Shown: one piece after another, positions 9,441 to 19,495 of the stretch | Numbering within the stretch: position 1 is the stretch's first letter | How the letters are laid out: each line of letters opens with the position of its first letter | From: Alphaproteobacteria bacterium | GTDB lineage: Bacteria > Pseudomonadota > Alphaproteobacteria > Rs-D84 | Direction: 5' to 3' | Assembly (NCBI GenBank): GCA_024402815.1 | Contig: JAKSTB010000003.1 | Coordinates: 1 to 42,621, forward strand | Length of the DNA stretch: 42,621 nt | Translations under genes and position numbers: made by a program | The notes under the pieces: model-generated | What the model saw: the letters and a program-made list of their open reading frames with translations, nothing else | What the model was told of the DNA's origin: nothing | Databases searched by the model: none

Positions 9441-9896
9441 ATGAATCAACAATCAGGACGTTCTTTGATAGAAATACTTGGCGTATTAACAATTGGCGCT
9501 GTGATGATTGCGGCCGCGGTCAGTTTATATACATCAACAAATCAACGTCAACAACGCGTAATCGCTATGGAAAAAATCAAAGAAGTTGTAAAAAACACAA
9601 AAACTTTGATGGCCTATTCGGGCAATTATTCGGGATTATCTGTTGGTTATTTGGTAAATGCTGGCGCATTGTCCAGCGATAAACCACCTATTGGAACAGC
9701 GTGGGAAGTTGCGTCCCCAACCTCAACAACTGGTTTCAGTGTAAACATATCTGGATTGACCCAAGATGAATGCAAATTCATGAAAACAACAAAGGTAGAT
9801 TGGGCCGATTATCTGAAAGTGAACGAAGTAAGAGACGGTCCGTGCGATCAAAACTCTAACATAGTTGTGTTTATGATTGACGGGTGTGATCTTTAA
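9441..9896 (+). CDS. Type IV pilin-like protein (PilS-like size and fold cues)
   Basis: QSG|RSLIEILGVL prepilin motif with Glu+5, hydrophobic helix, C-terminal Cys pair; GAGGGG RBS. Confidence 0.8.
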   Translation: MNQQSGRSLIEILGVLTIGAVMIAAAVSLYTSTNQRQQRVIAMEKIKEVVKNTKTLMAYSGNYSGLSVGYLVNAGALSSDKPPIGTAWEVASPTSTTGFSVNISGLTQDECKFMKTTKVDWADYLKVNEVRDGPCDQNSNIVVFMIDGCDL

Positions 9897-10573
9897 TGAA
9901 ATCACATAAAATATTTTTATTATCTGTTTTATTTTTATGTGGATGTCTGCGATATCACAGTCCCGACCGCAATACATGGCTATCCTATCTTAACGGAGCC
10001 AGTTTTATGGACATGACCGAAACCGCCAAGACGGCAAAGTTACCTGTGTACATGGGACATGGTGGCAAGATAGTAACTGCAACAGGTGAATTATCACCAA
10101 ACATGCAATATGGCGATAAAAACAATGTCGATAATGCAATGCTGGTTAATTATATGTCCCAATTGGAATATGAATTGTATGACAGTTTAAGAAAACCAGG
10201 AATGTCCGTTCAACGTGCAGGAACAGATGTTTATATAATTCTGGTTCGCGACAGCATTATGGAATTAGATGTTGCTGATATTTCACCTGATGGCGCAGAT
10301 ACATTAAAGACAATTTCAAAAATCATAAATAAATATAATGCAACATTTATGGAAATCGCGGGGTATACTGATTCAATCCAGGATAAAAATGCGGCATATG
10401 CTTTGTCTATGGATATGGCGGAACGCGTTGGTGTGTTTTTTGCGCAAAACAAGGTTTCTACATCCCGTATGTTTATAGTTGGACGCGGATCGGCACGTCC
10501 AATCGCAGCACAAGATGACATGGGGCGTTTAACCAACAGACGTGTCGAAATAAGATTATCGCCCGCCCGATAA
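9896..10573 (+). CDS. OmpA-C-like domain lipoprotein
   Basis: Lipobox LCGC; IAGYTDS, GRGSARPIA, NRRVEI; translationally coupled to the pilin (TAATG). Confidence 0.85.
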   Translation: MKSHKIFLLSVLFLCGCLRYHSPDRNTWLSYLNGASFMDMTETAKTAKLPVYMGHGGKIVTATGELSPNMQYGDKNNVDNAMLVNYMSQLEYELYDSLRKPGMSVQRAGTDVYIILVRDSIMELDVADISPDGADTLKTISKIINKYNATFMEIAGYTDSIQDKNAAYALSMDMAERVGVFFAQNKVSTSRMFIVGRGSARPIAAQDDMGRLTNRRVEIRLSPAR

Positions 10574-10655
10574 TATACGCATAAAAAAACTTTGCGTTTT
10601 TATATAAACATTGCTATATTCAAACCAGAGAGAAAACAAAACAAAGGAAGAAAAG

Positions 10656-11297
10656 ATGAACATAGAATTAAAAAAATATACAAAAATGGGTATTGTTGCA
10701 ACCGCGGTTGTGGTTGTTGCTTTGATTGGTGTATTTGTTATATCCAGCATGCGCAGTGAATCAAATCTGGCCACTGCATTGGAAAAAGTATCTACACAAA
10801 CAGCCAAAGCTTCTGATTTAAGCATTGCTGTTATCAACATGGATAAAATCCAATTAGATTCCAAAGCATTGCAAGATTTGCGTAAACAACGCACATCCTA
10901 TGAAGAAAAACTGAAAAACCGTTTGGAAAAAGAACAAAAAGCTATTGAAAAAGAAAAAGCAGATATCGAAAAATCTCAGGATGTTTTATCCCAAGAAGCT
11001 TTGCAACGTCGTGTTGTTGAATATCAACGTCGTGTCAGCAAATTGCAACGTGATTTGACTGAATCTGCCCAAGCAATAGAAGCATCTTATCAAAAGGCGT
11101 TAAATACATTGCAACAAAAACATCTGGACCCAGTTATCGAAGGTGTTATTGCCAAGAAAAAATTGTCTTTGGTAATTGATGGCCGTATGGCACGTGTTGG
11201 TGCAAATGTCAAAAATTTGGATATCACACCAGAGGTCGTAGAAGCCTTGAATAAAAAAGTATCCGGAATCAAAATGGAAAAACCAAAAGGTTTTTAA
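10656..11297 (+). CDS. OmpH/Skp family periplasmic chaperone
   Basis: IAVINMDKI, long coiled coil, LSLVID...DITPEVVEALN; start moved to ATG 10656 after AAGGAAG. Confidence 0.85.
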   Translation: MNIELKKYTKMGIVATAVVVVALIGVFVISSMRSESNLATALEKVSTQTAKASDLSIAVINMDKIQLDSKALQDLRKQRTSYEEKLKNRLEKEQKAIEKEKADIEKSQDVLSQEALQRRVVEYQRRVSKLQRDLTESAQAIEASYQKALNTLQQKHLDPVIEGVIAKKKLSLVIDGRMARVGANVKNLDITPEVVEALNKKVSGIKMEKPKGF

Positions 11298-11309
11298 TCT
11301 GGAAATCTT

Positions 11310-11347
11310 AAAAAAAACAACCGCCCAAATGGGCGGTTGTTTTTTTT
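11310..11347. terminator. Bidirectional intrinsic terminator between convergent skp-like gene and infB
   Basis: A-tract, CAACCGCCC-AAAT-GGGCGGTTG, T-tract. Confidence 0.9.
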
Positions 11348-11356
11348 ATCATTGTT

Positions 11357-13765
11357 TTATAATTGTGCTTTGACTTCTTGGATTTCGTAACATTCAACAC
11401 GATCTCCTTCTTTCAGATCGTTATATTTATCGAAACTCATACCGAATTCAACACCGACAGTTACTTCGCTGACTTCGTTTTTTTCGCGTCTTAATTCACC
11501 AATTTTGCCGTCATATATAACAACATTATTACGCAATAAACGAACATATGCCGATTTTTTAATCACACCCTCACTGACGCGACAACCGGCAACTTTGATA
11601 CCTTTGCCCACAGTGAACAATGCAATAACATCTGCATATCCAATAAAGTTTTCGTGTTTTTCAGGCGCCAATTTACCGGACAATATTTCTTTGATTTCAT
11701 CAGTGATACGGTAAACAACACTGTGATAACGAATATCAACCCCATTGTTGCGTGCCATATCACGCACAGTTGAATCTGCACGAACATTGAACGCAATTAT
11801 GACTGCGCCAGATGCAGTCGCCAATCTGATATCGCCTTCGGTAATTTGACCTACACCCGCGGACAATAATTCAACACCTGCTTTGTCTGAATTAAATCCA
11901 TGCAACATGTCAGAGATTGCTTCCACAGAACCTTGCACGTCTGCACGCAAAATAATTGGCAAAGTTAATTTCTTGGTTTCGTCGCGTTTTGCAAACAATT
12001 CTTCCAATGAAGAACGTTTAACAGCATTTGCTTTATCTTTCGCTTTTTGAACACGATAAGCGGCGACTTCACGTGTTTGGGCTTCTGTTTCCATAACGTG
12101 TAATTCATCACCTGCAGATGGCACAGTGTCCAATCCCAATACCATGGCTGGTTGTCCTGGTTTTACACTTTTAACACGAACACCGTTTGAATTTATCAAA
12201 CCACGAACGCGTCCAAATGTTTCACCCACCACAAACACATCACCAACAGACAAAGTTCCCTGTCTGATTAACACAGTTGCGACCGCACCCAAACCTTTTT
12301 CCATTTTGGCTTCGACAACATATGCAGATGCCAACATATCTGGGTCGGCCTTTAATTCCATAACTTCTGCTTGCAATAAAATGGCATCTTCCAATTTATC
12401 CAATCCCATTTTTGTCTTTGCAGAAATTTCAACGCATTGAACATCACCGCCCATTTCTTCAACTTGGACTTCCTGTTGCAACAGGTCTGTTTTAACGCGT
12501 TGTGGATCGGCTTCTGGTAAATCGCATTTGTTAATTGCGACAATGAAAGGAACCTTGGCCGCACGAATATGATTTATCGCTTCGATTGTTTGAGGCATAA
12601 TAGAATCATTTGCCGCGACAACCAAAACAACTATATCAGCCATTTGCGCACCACGTGCACGCATAGCAGTAAATGTTTCGTGTCCCGGAGTATCCAAGAA
12701 AGTTATCACCGCACCAGATTTTGTTTTAACTTCGTATGAAGAAATATGTTGTGTGATTCCACCCGCTTCACCTGCCACGACATTTGCGTTACGAAACGCA
12801 TCCAGCAAGGATGTTTTACCATGATCAACGTGTCCCACCACGGTTACCACAGGTGCACGAGGTTTCAAATTTTCTGGGTTTGGTTGTTGTTCCAAAATAT
12901 TGGCATAAGGTTTAACATCGACACGTTTAACCGTTGCACCAAATTCTGTTGCAATCAATTCTGCTGTATCTGCATCAATAGATTGGTTCTGGGATGCCAT
13001 CATTCCCATTTCCATCAATTTCTTGATAACATTACCGACCTTTTCTGCCATAGCAGCAGCCAAATCTTTGACTGTGATTGTATCAGACAATGTAACAACA
13101 TGTTCAACCTTTTGTGGTGCAGCAAACACAGCACGTGCCTTTTCACGAAAACGTTTCAGCGACGCTTCACTTCTTCTGCGATTTGCACCACGTAAACCGA
13201 TTTCATCATCGTCATCATCCCCACCACCGATAACAATATCATGGATGGAAATTTTGCCACCTTTCTTGAAATCTTTTTTGAATTTATTTTGGCGACCCGG
13301 GCGCATATCATCGTCATCATTATTATTGAATGAACGATTATTATGATTTTGGTTATTGACACCAGATTTTTTATTTTCATGTGTGTTTTCACGCACAGGA
13401 ACATTCATGACCTCTTCAGTCACTTGTGGTGTTTCTGGTTCGCTTTCGCGTTGAGCCAATTGTTCTTTGACCTGTTCATATTCGCGATTTTCGCGTTCGA
13501 TTTCGGCTTCACGTGCACGACGTTCTGCTTCTTCTTGCGCTTCGCGTTTTCTGCGTTCTTCGTCTTTTGCTTTAGCTGCAGCCAACACAGCACGCAATTT
13601 TTCATCGGCCGCATTATGTGCAGGTTCAACCTTTTTCGGTTCTTCACGCAGTTCATTATTTCCAGGTGTAACTATGCGACGACGGCGTTCAACAAAAACA
13701 GCATCGCCCTTTTTGCTTTGCACCGCGTCAATTGTTACAGATTTTCCAAGTGTTAATGTCGCCAT
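11357..13765 (-). CDS. infB: Translation initiation factor IF-2
   Basis: [29 protein letters not shown] GTPase motifs. Confidence 0.98.
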   Translation of the reverse strand: MATLTLGKSVTIDAVQSKKGDAVFVERRRRIVTPGNNELREEPKKVEPAHNAADEKLRAVLAAAKAKDEERRKREAQEEAERRAREAEIERENREYEQVKEQLAQRESEPETPQVTEEVMNVPVRENTHENKKSGVNNQNHNNRSFNNNDDDDMRPGRQNKFKKDFKKGGKISIHDIVIGGGDDDDDEIGLRGANRRRSEASLKRFREKARAVFAAPQKVEHVVTLSDTITVKDLAAAMAEKVGNVIKKLMEMGMMASQNQSIDADTAELIATEFGATVKRVDVKPYANILEQQPNPENLKPRAPVVTVVGHVDHGKTSLLDAFRNANVVAGEAGGITQHISSYEVKTKSGAVITFLDTPGHETFTAMRARGAQMADIVVLVVAANDSIMPQTIEAINHIRAAKVPFIVAINKCDLPEADPQRVKTDLLQQEVQVEEMGGDVQCVEISAKTKMGLDKLEDAILLQAEVMELKADPDMLASAYVVEAKMEKGLGAVATVLIRQGTLSVGDVFVVGETFGRVRGLINSNGVRVKSVKPGQPAMVLGLDTVPSAGDELHVMETEAQTREVAAYRVQKAKDKANAVKRSSLEELFAKRDETKKLTLPIILRADVQGSVEAISDMLHGFNSDKAGVELLSAGVGQITEGDIRLATASGAVIIAFNVRADSTVRDMARNNGVDIRYHSVVYRITDEIKEILSGKLAPEKHENFIGYADVIALFTVGKGIKVAGCRVSEGVIKKSAYVRLLRNNVVIYDGKIGELRREKNEVSEVTVGVEFGMSFDKYNDLKEGDRVECYEIQEVKAQL

Positions 13766-13791
13766 ATTTTAACCTTTGGTTAATTTATTTT

Positions 13792-15336
13792 TTACTCTTC
13801 ATCTGCATCAGGAACAATTCCATATGCCAATTCACGTGCCTTCATAATAATCTTGTTGGCCAAACGTTCAGACATATTATCTGCACCTAAAATATCGATT
13901 AATTCGTCAGATGCCAGATCCGCCAAATCAGATAAAGATTTGATATCTGCTTCTGTCAATTTCATAATGGTTTCGCGTTTGATGAAATCAGCTTTCAATA
14001 AATCATCGTTGATACCCATCTTGTGTCCATTATCGAAATAATCTTGTTCTTTCTTGGACAGATATGCCTTTGCACGATTTTGCAATTCTGTTACTAATTC
14101 TGCATTAAATCCTTCAATTGAATTCAATTCAGCAGGTTCAACATATGCAATTTCTTCGATTGTTCTGAAACCTTCTGTAATCAACAATTGAGCAATTGTT
14201 TCATCAACATCCAACGCAGAAGTGAACAATTCCGTCTTTTCTTTGAATTCTTTTGTACGATGTTCTTGTTCTTCGACTTCGTTCATAATTTCAATATTCC
14301 AATCTGTTAATTGTGAAGCCAAACGAACATTTTGTCCGCGACGGCCAATTGCTAAAGATTGTTGATCTTCGGAAACAACAACTGATGCCGTGTGTGTATC
14401 TTCATCAACAATAATCTTTGCAACCTTGGCAGGTTGCATCGCGTTAACAATGTACACAGCAGGATCTTCTGAATACAAAATAACATCGATTTTTTCACCG
14501 TGACATTCGTTAATCACAGGTTGAATACGTGTTCCTTTGATACCAACTGTCATACCAACCGCATCGATAGATGGATCTTGTGTTTCCACAGCGATTTTAG
14601 CATGGGATCCAGGTGCACGTGCCACAGATTTAATTTTAATAATGCCTTCGTAAATTTCAGGAACTTCCTGGGTAAACAATTTTTCCATAAACATATTGTG
14701 TGTTCTGGTCAATAAAATTTGTGGACTGGAATTAGAACGAACCACATCCAAAATCAAAGCGCGAACTGTATCGCCAACTGCCAAACGTTCATTTGGAATC
14801 AATTCAGTATTTTTGATATAACCTTCGGCTTTGCCGTTGATATCAACAAACACATTACCAAATTCGATACGTGTAACTTTACCGCTGACGATATCACCAA
14901 TATTGTCTTTGAATTCTTCATATTGACGGCCCTTTTCTGCTTCACGAACGCGTGCAGTCATGATTTGACGTGCAGTTTGAAATGCCATACGACCAAATTC
15001 TGGTTCTGGCAACATGTCTTCGACCACATCACCAACAGATGGGTTGGACGCATATTTTTTTGCCTTGTCCACAGTCAACATTGTATTTGGATTATATTCA
15101 TCGCCCATTGATTCAGGTGATTCAATAACATCAAATAAACGTTTCACATGAATTGCACCGTTTTTACGATCAATTTGTGCAACAATGTGAAATTCTTCAC
15201 CATATTTATGTTTTGCAATTTTTGCAATAGCTGATTCCAAAGATTCAATAACAATATCTTTGTCTATCATTTTTTCCTGGGCCAAAGAATCAATGGCCAA
15301 TAATAAATCCTGACGAGGCATAGATTCAAAAGACAT
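13792..15336 (-). CDS. nusA: Transcription factor NusA
   Basis: FGRMAFQTARQ, S1 and KH domains, LAIGRRGQNVRLASQLT, two acidic C-terminal repeats. Confidence 0.98.
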   Translation of the reverse strand: MSFESMPRQDLLLAIDSLAQEKMIDKDIVIESLESAIAKIAKHKYGEEFHIVAQIDRKNGAIHVKRLFDVIESPESMGDEYNPNTMLTVDKAKKYASNPSVGDVVEDMLPEPEFGRMAFQTARQIMTARVREAEKGRQYEEFKDNIGDIVSGKVTRIEFGNVFVDINGKAEGYIKNTELIPNERLAVGDTVRALILDVVRSNSSPQILLTRTHNMFMEKLFTQEVPEIYEGIIKIKSVARAPGSHAKIAVETQDPSIDAVGMTVGIKGTRIQPVINECHGEKIDVILYSEDPAVYIVNAMQPAKVAKIIVDEDTHTASVVVSEDQQSLAIGRRGQNVRLASQLTDWNIEIMNEVEEQEHRTKEFKEKTELFTSALDVDETIAQLLITEGFRTIEEIAYVEPAELNSIEGFNAELVTELQNRAKAYLSKKEQDYFDNGHKMGINDDLLKADFIKRETIMKLTEADIKSLSDLADLASDELIDILGADNMSERLANKIIMKARELAYGIVPDADEE

Positions 15337-15374
15337 TTTGGCTTCTCCTTATATTTTATTGTCTTTTTTATTGA

Positions 15375-15402
15375 AAGAGCGGGGTTTTTCAACCCCGCCC
15401 TT
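15375..15402 (-). promoter_or_regulatory. nusA 5' leader hairpin (rimP-leader-like)
   Basis: Minus strand AAGGGCGGGGTT-GAAA-AACCCCGCTCTT, 12-bp stem with GNRA loop about 40 nt upstream of the nusA start. Confidence 0.6.
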
Positions 15403-15521
15403 AAAAACTCTTTTAAGAACACACTGTATTATTAACCCCGAATCGCGAAAAAGCAAGCAAAAAATAACTTTTTATCAGCCAAAACAATAATCATACATGG
15501 GATATTTATCGTTATTGTTGC

Positions 15522-15550
15522 TTGACGGTTCGGGTTTTGGGCTTTATACT
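15522..15550 (+). promoter_or_regulatory. Sigma70 promoter of lptF operon
   Basis: TTGACG-17bp-TATACT, ending 7 nt before ATG 15558. Confidence 0.7.
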
Positions 15551-15557
15551 TAAAATT

Positions 15558-16619
15558 ATGAGGATTATAAGCGGATATTTTAAAAAGCAATTATTGGCTA
15601 TTTTCATCATGTTATTGCTGATTTTGACGGGATTGGCGTGGATGATGCAAGTCATGGCCATGATGAAATTCCTGATTAATTACGGGGTCAATTTTTCAAG
15701 CTTTTTATATTTGTTGTCGTTAATGATCCCTTTCATAGTGTCAATCATAGTTCCTTTCGTTGCGTTTATCGCGACTATTTTTATTTATAATAAAATGATT
15801 TCTGAAAACGAAATAACTGTGATGATGGCATCGGGTTTATCCCCATGGCAAATCGCAAAACCTGCTATTAAATTGGCCGCCATTTTAACCGTATGCCATT
15901 TAATTTTGAATATTTGGATTGTCCCAGTGACCCAGGAAAAATTTTACAGCACCCAATGGAATCTGCGCTATGGTTTGGCACATTTGAAATTACAAGAATC
16001 TGCATTTACAAAACTGGCAAATGGTTTGGTGGTCTATGTTGATAATGTTTCAGGCAACGATTTAAACCAGGTTATGTTGTCCGATATGCGTAATAATAAA
16101 AATCAAATGCTGATTTTTGCAGAACGTGGCAAATTGGTATCTACAACGCATGGTTTATCAATCGCTACAACAAATGGCTCTTTGCAACTTCAGGGTAAAA
16201 ATGGATTCACAACAGGCACATTTGATACATTGGATATGGATTTAAATTTGGTTAAAAATGACGCGGATGTATCTTTCAGGGTTCGCAGAATATCCACATA
16301 TAACTTAATACGTGATGTTTTTTCCCAAGATAATGTTCGCCAACACCGTTTGACATTGGTTGAATTATGCACACGTTTAATAAATCCATTTATGAATTTA
16401 ATTTTGGTAATTATTTGCACTTTGATTTTATTAAAATCATCCTTGCTTCGCCGTCGTGCCAGTTTTGCACCGGCAATGGCGATATTGGCAATGGCAGGAA
16501 CGATGGCAACATATATGTCTGTATCAAATATGGTGGACAGCTTGACTGATTTTGGGTTGGTGGCAATTGGTGTATTTTTGTTGTTATTTGGCTTAATTGG
16601 TTTATTATTAAAAAAATGA
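15558..16619 (+). CDS. lptF: LPS export permease LptF/LptG family (LptF-like)
   Basis: 3 TM + periplasmic beta domain + 3 TM; SENEITVMMASGLSPWQI motif; directly upstream of lptD. Confidence 0.8.
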   Translation: MRIISGYFKKQLLAIFIMLLLILTGLAWMMQVMAMMKFLINYGVNFSSFLYLLSLMIPFIVSIIVPFVAFIATIFIYNKMISENEITVMMASGLSPWQIAKPAIKLAAILTVCHLILNIWIVPVTQEKFYSTQWNLRYGLAHLKLQESAFTKLANGLVVYVDNVSGNDLNQVMLSDMRNNKNQMLIFAERGKLVSTTHGLSIATTNGSLQLQGKNGFTTGTFDTLDMDLNLVKNDADVSFRVRRISTYNLIRDVFSQDNVRQHRLTLVELCTRLINPFMNLILVIICTLILLKSSLLRRRASFAPAMAILAMAGTMATYMSVSNMVDSLTDFGLVAIGVFLLLFGLIGLLLKK

Positions 16620-18649
16620 AACATATAAATTCATCTTTGTTGTTTTGTTTAATAGCCACAAATGCTTTTGCATTGGGTATTAATATCGATGAACCAAAAA
16701 CAATTAAATCAGATTCTATTGAATACGATATTAAAACTGGCGAATTAAAAACCTTTGGTAATACAGAAATGACCAATGCATCTGGTCAAAAAGTCAAATT
16801 GGATAATATATCTATATCTAAAAACAATAACCAGATATCTGCAAATGATATTGAATTGTGGCTGGGTAGTAATGTATATATCAAAGCAGAAGAAATAAAT
16901 CGTAACGATAATGAAACAATCGCATCAGATGCAATTTTTACTGCATGTGATGGATGTGATTCTTTTGGTAATGTGTGGGAAATATCGAGCAGTGAAATTA
17001 TCCATGATTCTGATGAACGCATGTTATATTTTCATAATCTGGTATTTTGGTTATACAATCATAATTTGCCAATATTATGGTTGCCTTACTATGAAATGGC
17101 TGATCCATCTGTAAAATATAAATCAGGGTTTTTAGCCCCCAGCTTTAATACCACAGATGATATGGGTACCCAATTAAATATCCCTTTTTATATCAATATT
17201 TCTGACACACACGATTTAACACCAACCTTTTCTTATTTAACAAAAGAAAATCCTTTGTTCCAATTGGAACACAGATTAAATTTGGACCATGCCCAGTTTA
17301 AATCTGACGGTTCTTTTACACATAATAAACACGGTGAAAATCGTTGGAACATTAATAACACAGATATAATCGAATTGGGTGAAAATGCCCGCGCAAATAT
17401 TTATATTCACAGAACATCTGATAAAACTTATTTACAGAAATATGGATTTTATAATTATCAACCATACCTTGATTCTGGTGCGAAATTAGAATTGTTTGGA
17501 CAAACCAGTTATATCGTTGCAGACACTCATATCTTCCAAGAATTGCGTGAACCAACGGGAAATCAAACCGTGTCATCTGGTAATATTTTGCCAAACATTC
17601 GTGGGGTATATCAAACCAATCCTATCTTCGCCGAAACATATTTGAATTTTTCTGGGGATGTGTTGGGGGTATCTTCATCTGATTCTGTATATCAACGCGT
17701 AATTGGAAAGGGCCAAATTGTATCACCTTGGACTTTGTGGGGTGGCAACCGTATTACAACCAGTTTATCTGCCAGATACGATATATACAATTTTAATAAA
17801 ACCCAGGTATATGAAGACAACAGAATTGTAAATTCTTATTCTGGTATTAAATCAAGATTTTTGCCCAGTGGTTATGTTGAATGGGGCCTGCCAATGTACA
17901 GTGTTGACAATGATTGGACATACATTATTGAACCACGCGCCCGTTTGACAGTTATGGAACATACAAATACAAAATCTGTATTTTCATATAACAATGATTC
18001 TGCGGGGCGTTTCTTGTCTGATACAACACTGTTTTCAAACAACAGATATTCTGGATTTGATGTATGGGAAAACGGAAATTTTGTTGATTATGGCGCAAGA
18101 TGGGCCGCACTGAATTCAAATCACAATATTGAAGTGTTTATTGGTCAAACATATGATTTCAAAAACCAAGATACAGATTTTAATGATAATGGTTTCAGAA
18201 ATGGTTTTTCTGATTATGTAGGACGCGTTTCATACAGCAACAACGATAATTTGCGATTATCAACCCGTTTCCGTTTTGACAGGACAACTATGAATATATC
18301 CCATACCGAAAATTCTGCATACATAGGAAAAAATAATACATATTTGACATTCGGTCATATTTGGGATTCACATCCTATTGATGTATATTCAGCAAATGAC
18401 GAAGATACACATGAAATTTTGGGTGGCGCGGGACTTCAACTGACAAATAGATTGAACATCAAAGGTTCTGTGTTATACAATATACATGAACATATTTTCC
18501 AAAGACATTCTGCTGGGATATTTTATAATCATCCTTGCTATTATCTGGCTGTGGAATACCGCAGGGATAACACTGTCAAAGAAGACTATGTTGGGGGAAC
18601 AACATTCCAATTTAAGTTTGGTATCAGTATCGATAGTAAACACTATTAA
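16616..18649 (+). CDS. lptD: LPS assembly outer-membrane protein LptD
   Basis: Signal peptide, FTAC, KSGFLAPS, SDKTYLQKY, SDYVG, C-terminal beta-barrel strands. Confidence 0.9.
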   Translation: MKHINSSLLFCLIATNAFALGINIDEPKTIKSDSIEYDIKTGELKTFGNTEMTNASGQKVKLDNISISKNNNQISANDIELWLGSNVYIKAEEINRNDNETIASDAIFTACDGCDSFGNVWEISSSEIIHDSDERMLYFHNLVFWLYNHNLPILWLPYYEMADPSVKYKSGFLAPSFNTTDDMGTQLNIPFYINISDTHDLTPTFSYLTKENPLFQLEHRLNLDHAQFKSDGSFTHNKHGENRWNINNTDIIELGENARANIYIHRTSDKTYLQKYGFYNYQPYLDSGAKLELFGQTSYIVADTHIFQELREPTGNQTVSSGNILPNIRGVYQTNPIFAETYLNFSGDVLGVSSSDSVYQRVIGKGQIVSPWTLWGGNRITTSLSARYDIYNFNKTQVYEDNRIVNSYSGIKSRFLPSGYVEWGLPMYSVDNDWTYIIEPRARLTVMEHTNTKSVFSYNNDSAGRFLSDTTLFSNNRYSGFDVWENGNFVDYGARWAALNSNHNIEVFIGQTYDFKNQDTDFNDNGFRNGFSDYVGRVSYSNNDNLRLSTRFRFDRTTMNISHTENSAYIGKNNTYLTFGHIWDSHPIDVYSANDEDTHEILGGAGLQLTNRLNIKGSVLYNIHEHIFQRHSAGIFYNHPCYYLAVEYRRDNTVKEDYVGGTTFQFKFGISIDSKHY

Positions 18650-18670
18650 AAAATGCAAAGGTGAAAATAC

Positions 18671-19495
18671 ATGAAAAAAATATGTGTGTTTTGTTCTGGA
18701 ATTATTTTGTGTGCGATGTCTGCCAATGCGGCCAGTGTTGTTGCAACTGTGAACGGTAACCCTATTACAGATACAGATGTTACTGCACGCACAGAATTAA
18801 TGGCACGCCAGGGCAAAACTTCCACTACAAACCGCAGAACCGCATTTCAAAATATTGTTGATGATTATGTTAAATTAAAATATGCAGGCAATTATGGTGT
18901 GAACCCAACAGATAAAGATGCAGATAAAGAATTAGAACGTATGAATTTGGGTAATTTGTCTGAAACAATGAAATCTATGGCGCGTTTGGCAATTCGTGCT
19001 GATATCGCATGGGGCGTAGTTATGTCCAGAACGGTTGTTCCTACAATTGATGTTTCTGATTCAGATATAAACACAGAAAAATCAGATTTGATTCGCGAAC
19101 GCGGTTTACCAATTGACGTAACAATGATAAGATTGTCCGGTGTATCCACAGATATAACAAAAAATTTAAGCAAACCTAAAAATTGTGATGATGCATTTAA
19201 AATTGCAGAAAATGCCGGTGCATATCCACAAAAAATAAATGCACTGCAATATGAATTGGCAACCGATATTCGTGAACGTATCGCAAATTTAAAACCTTTG
19301 ACTTGGTCCGGGGTTAAAGATAATTCTGTGTTGTTGGTATGTGAAGAAAAAAAGACAAAAGAATATCAAAATTTGGACGATATAATTAAACAAAACGCGA
19401 TATATAAAAAGGCATCTTTTGTCGCAGACCAACAATTAAAGCAAATACGACGTAAATCCGTAATTATAATTAATGACGACAGATATAAATTATGA
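18671..19495 (+). CDS. surA: SurA-like periplasmic chaperone (short; PPIase region degenerate)
   Basis: VVATVNGNPITDTDV N-terminal motif, C-terminal QLKQIRRKSVI; follows lptD. Confidence 0.7.
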   Translation: MKKICVFCSGIILCAMSANAASVVATVNGNPITDTDVTARTELMARQGKTSTTNRRTAFQNIVDDYVKLKYAGNYGVNPTDKDADKELERMNLGNLSETMKSMARLAIRADIAWGVVMSRTVVPTIDVSDSDINTEKSDLIRERGLPIDVTMIRLSGVSTDITKNLSKPKNCDDAFKIAENAGAYPQKINALQYELATDIRERIANLKPLTWSGVKDNSVLLVCEEKKTKEYQNLDDIIKQNAIYKKASFVADQQLKQIRRKSVIIINDDRYKL

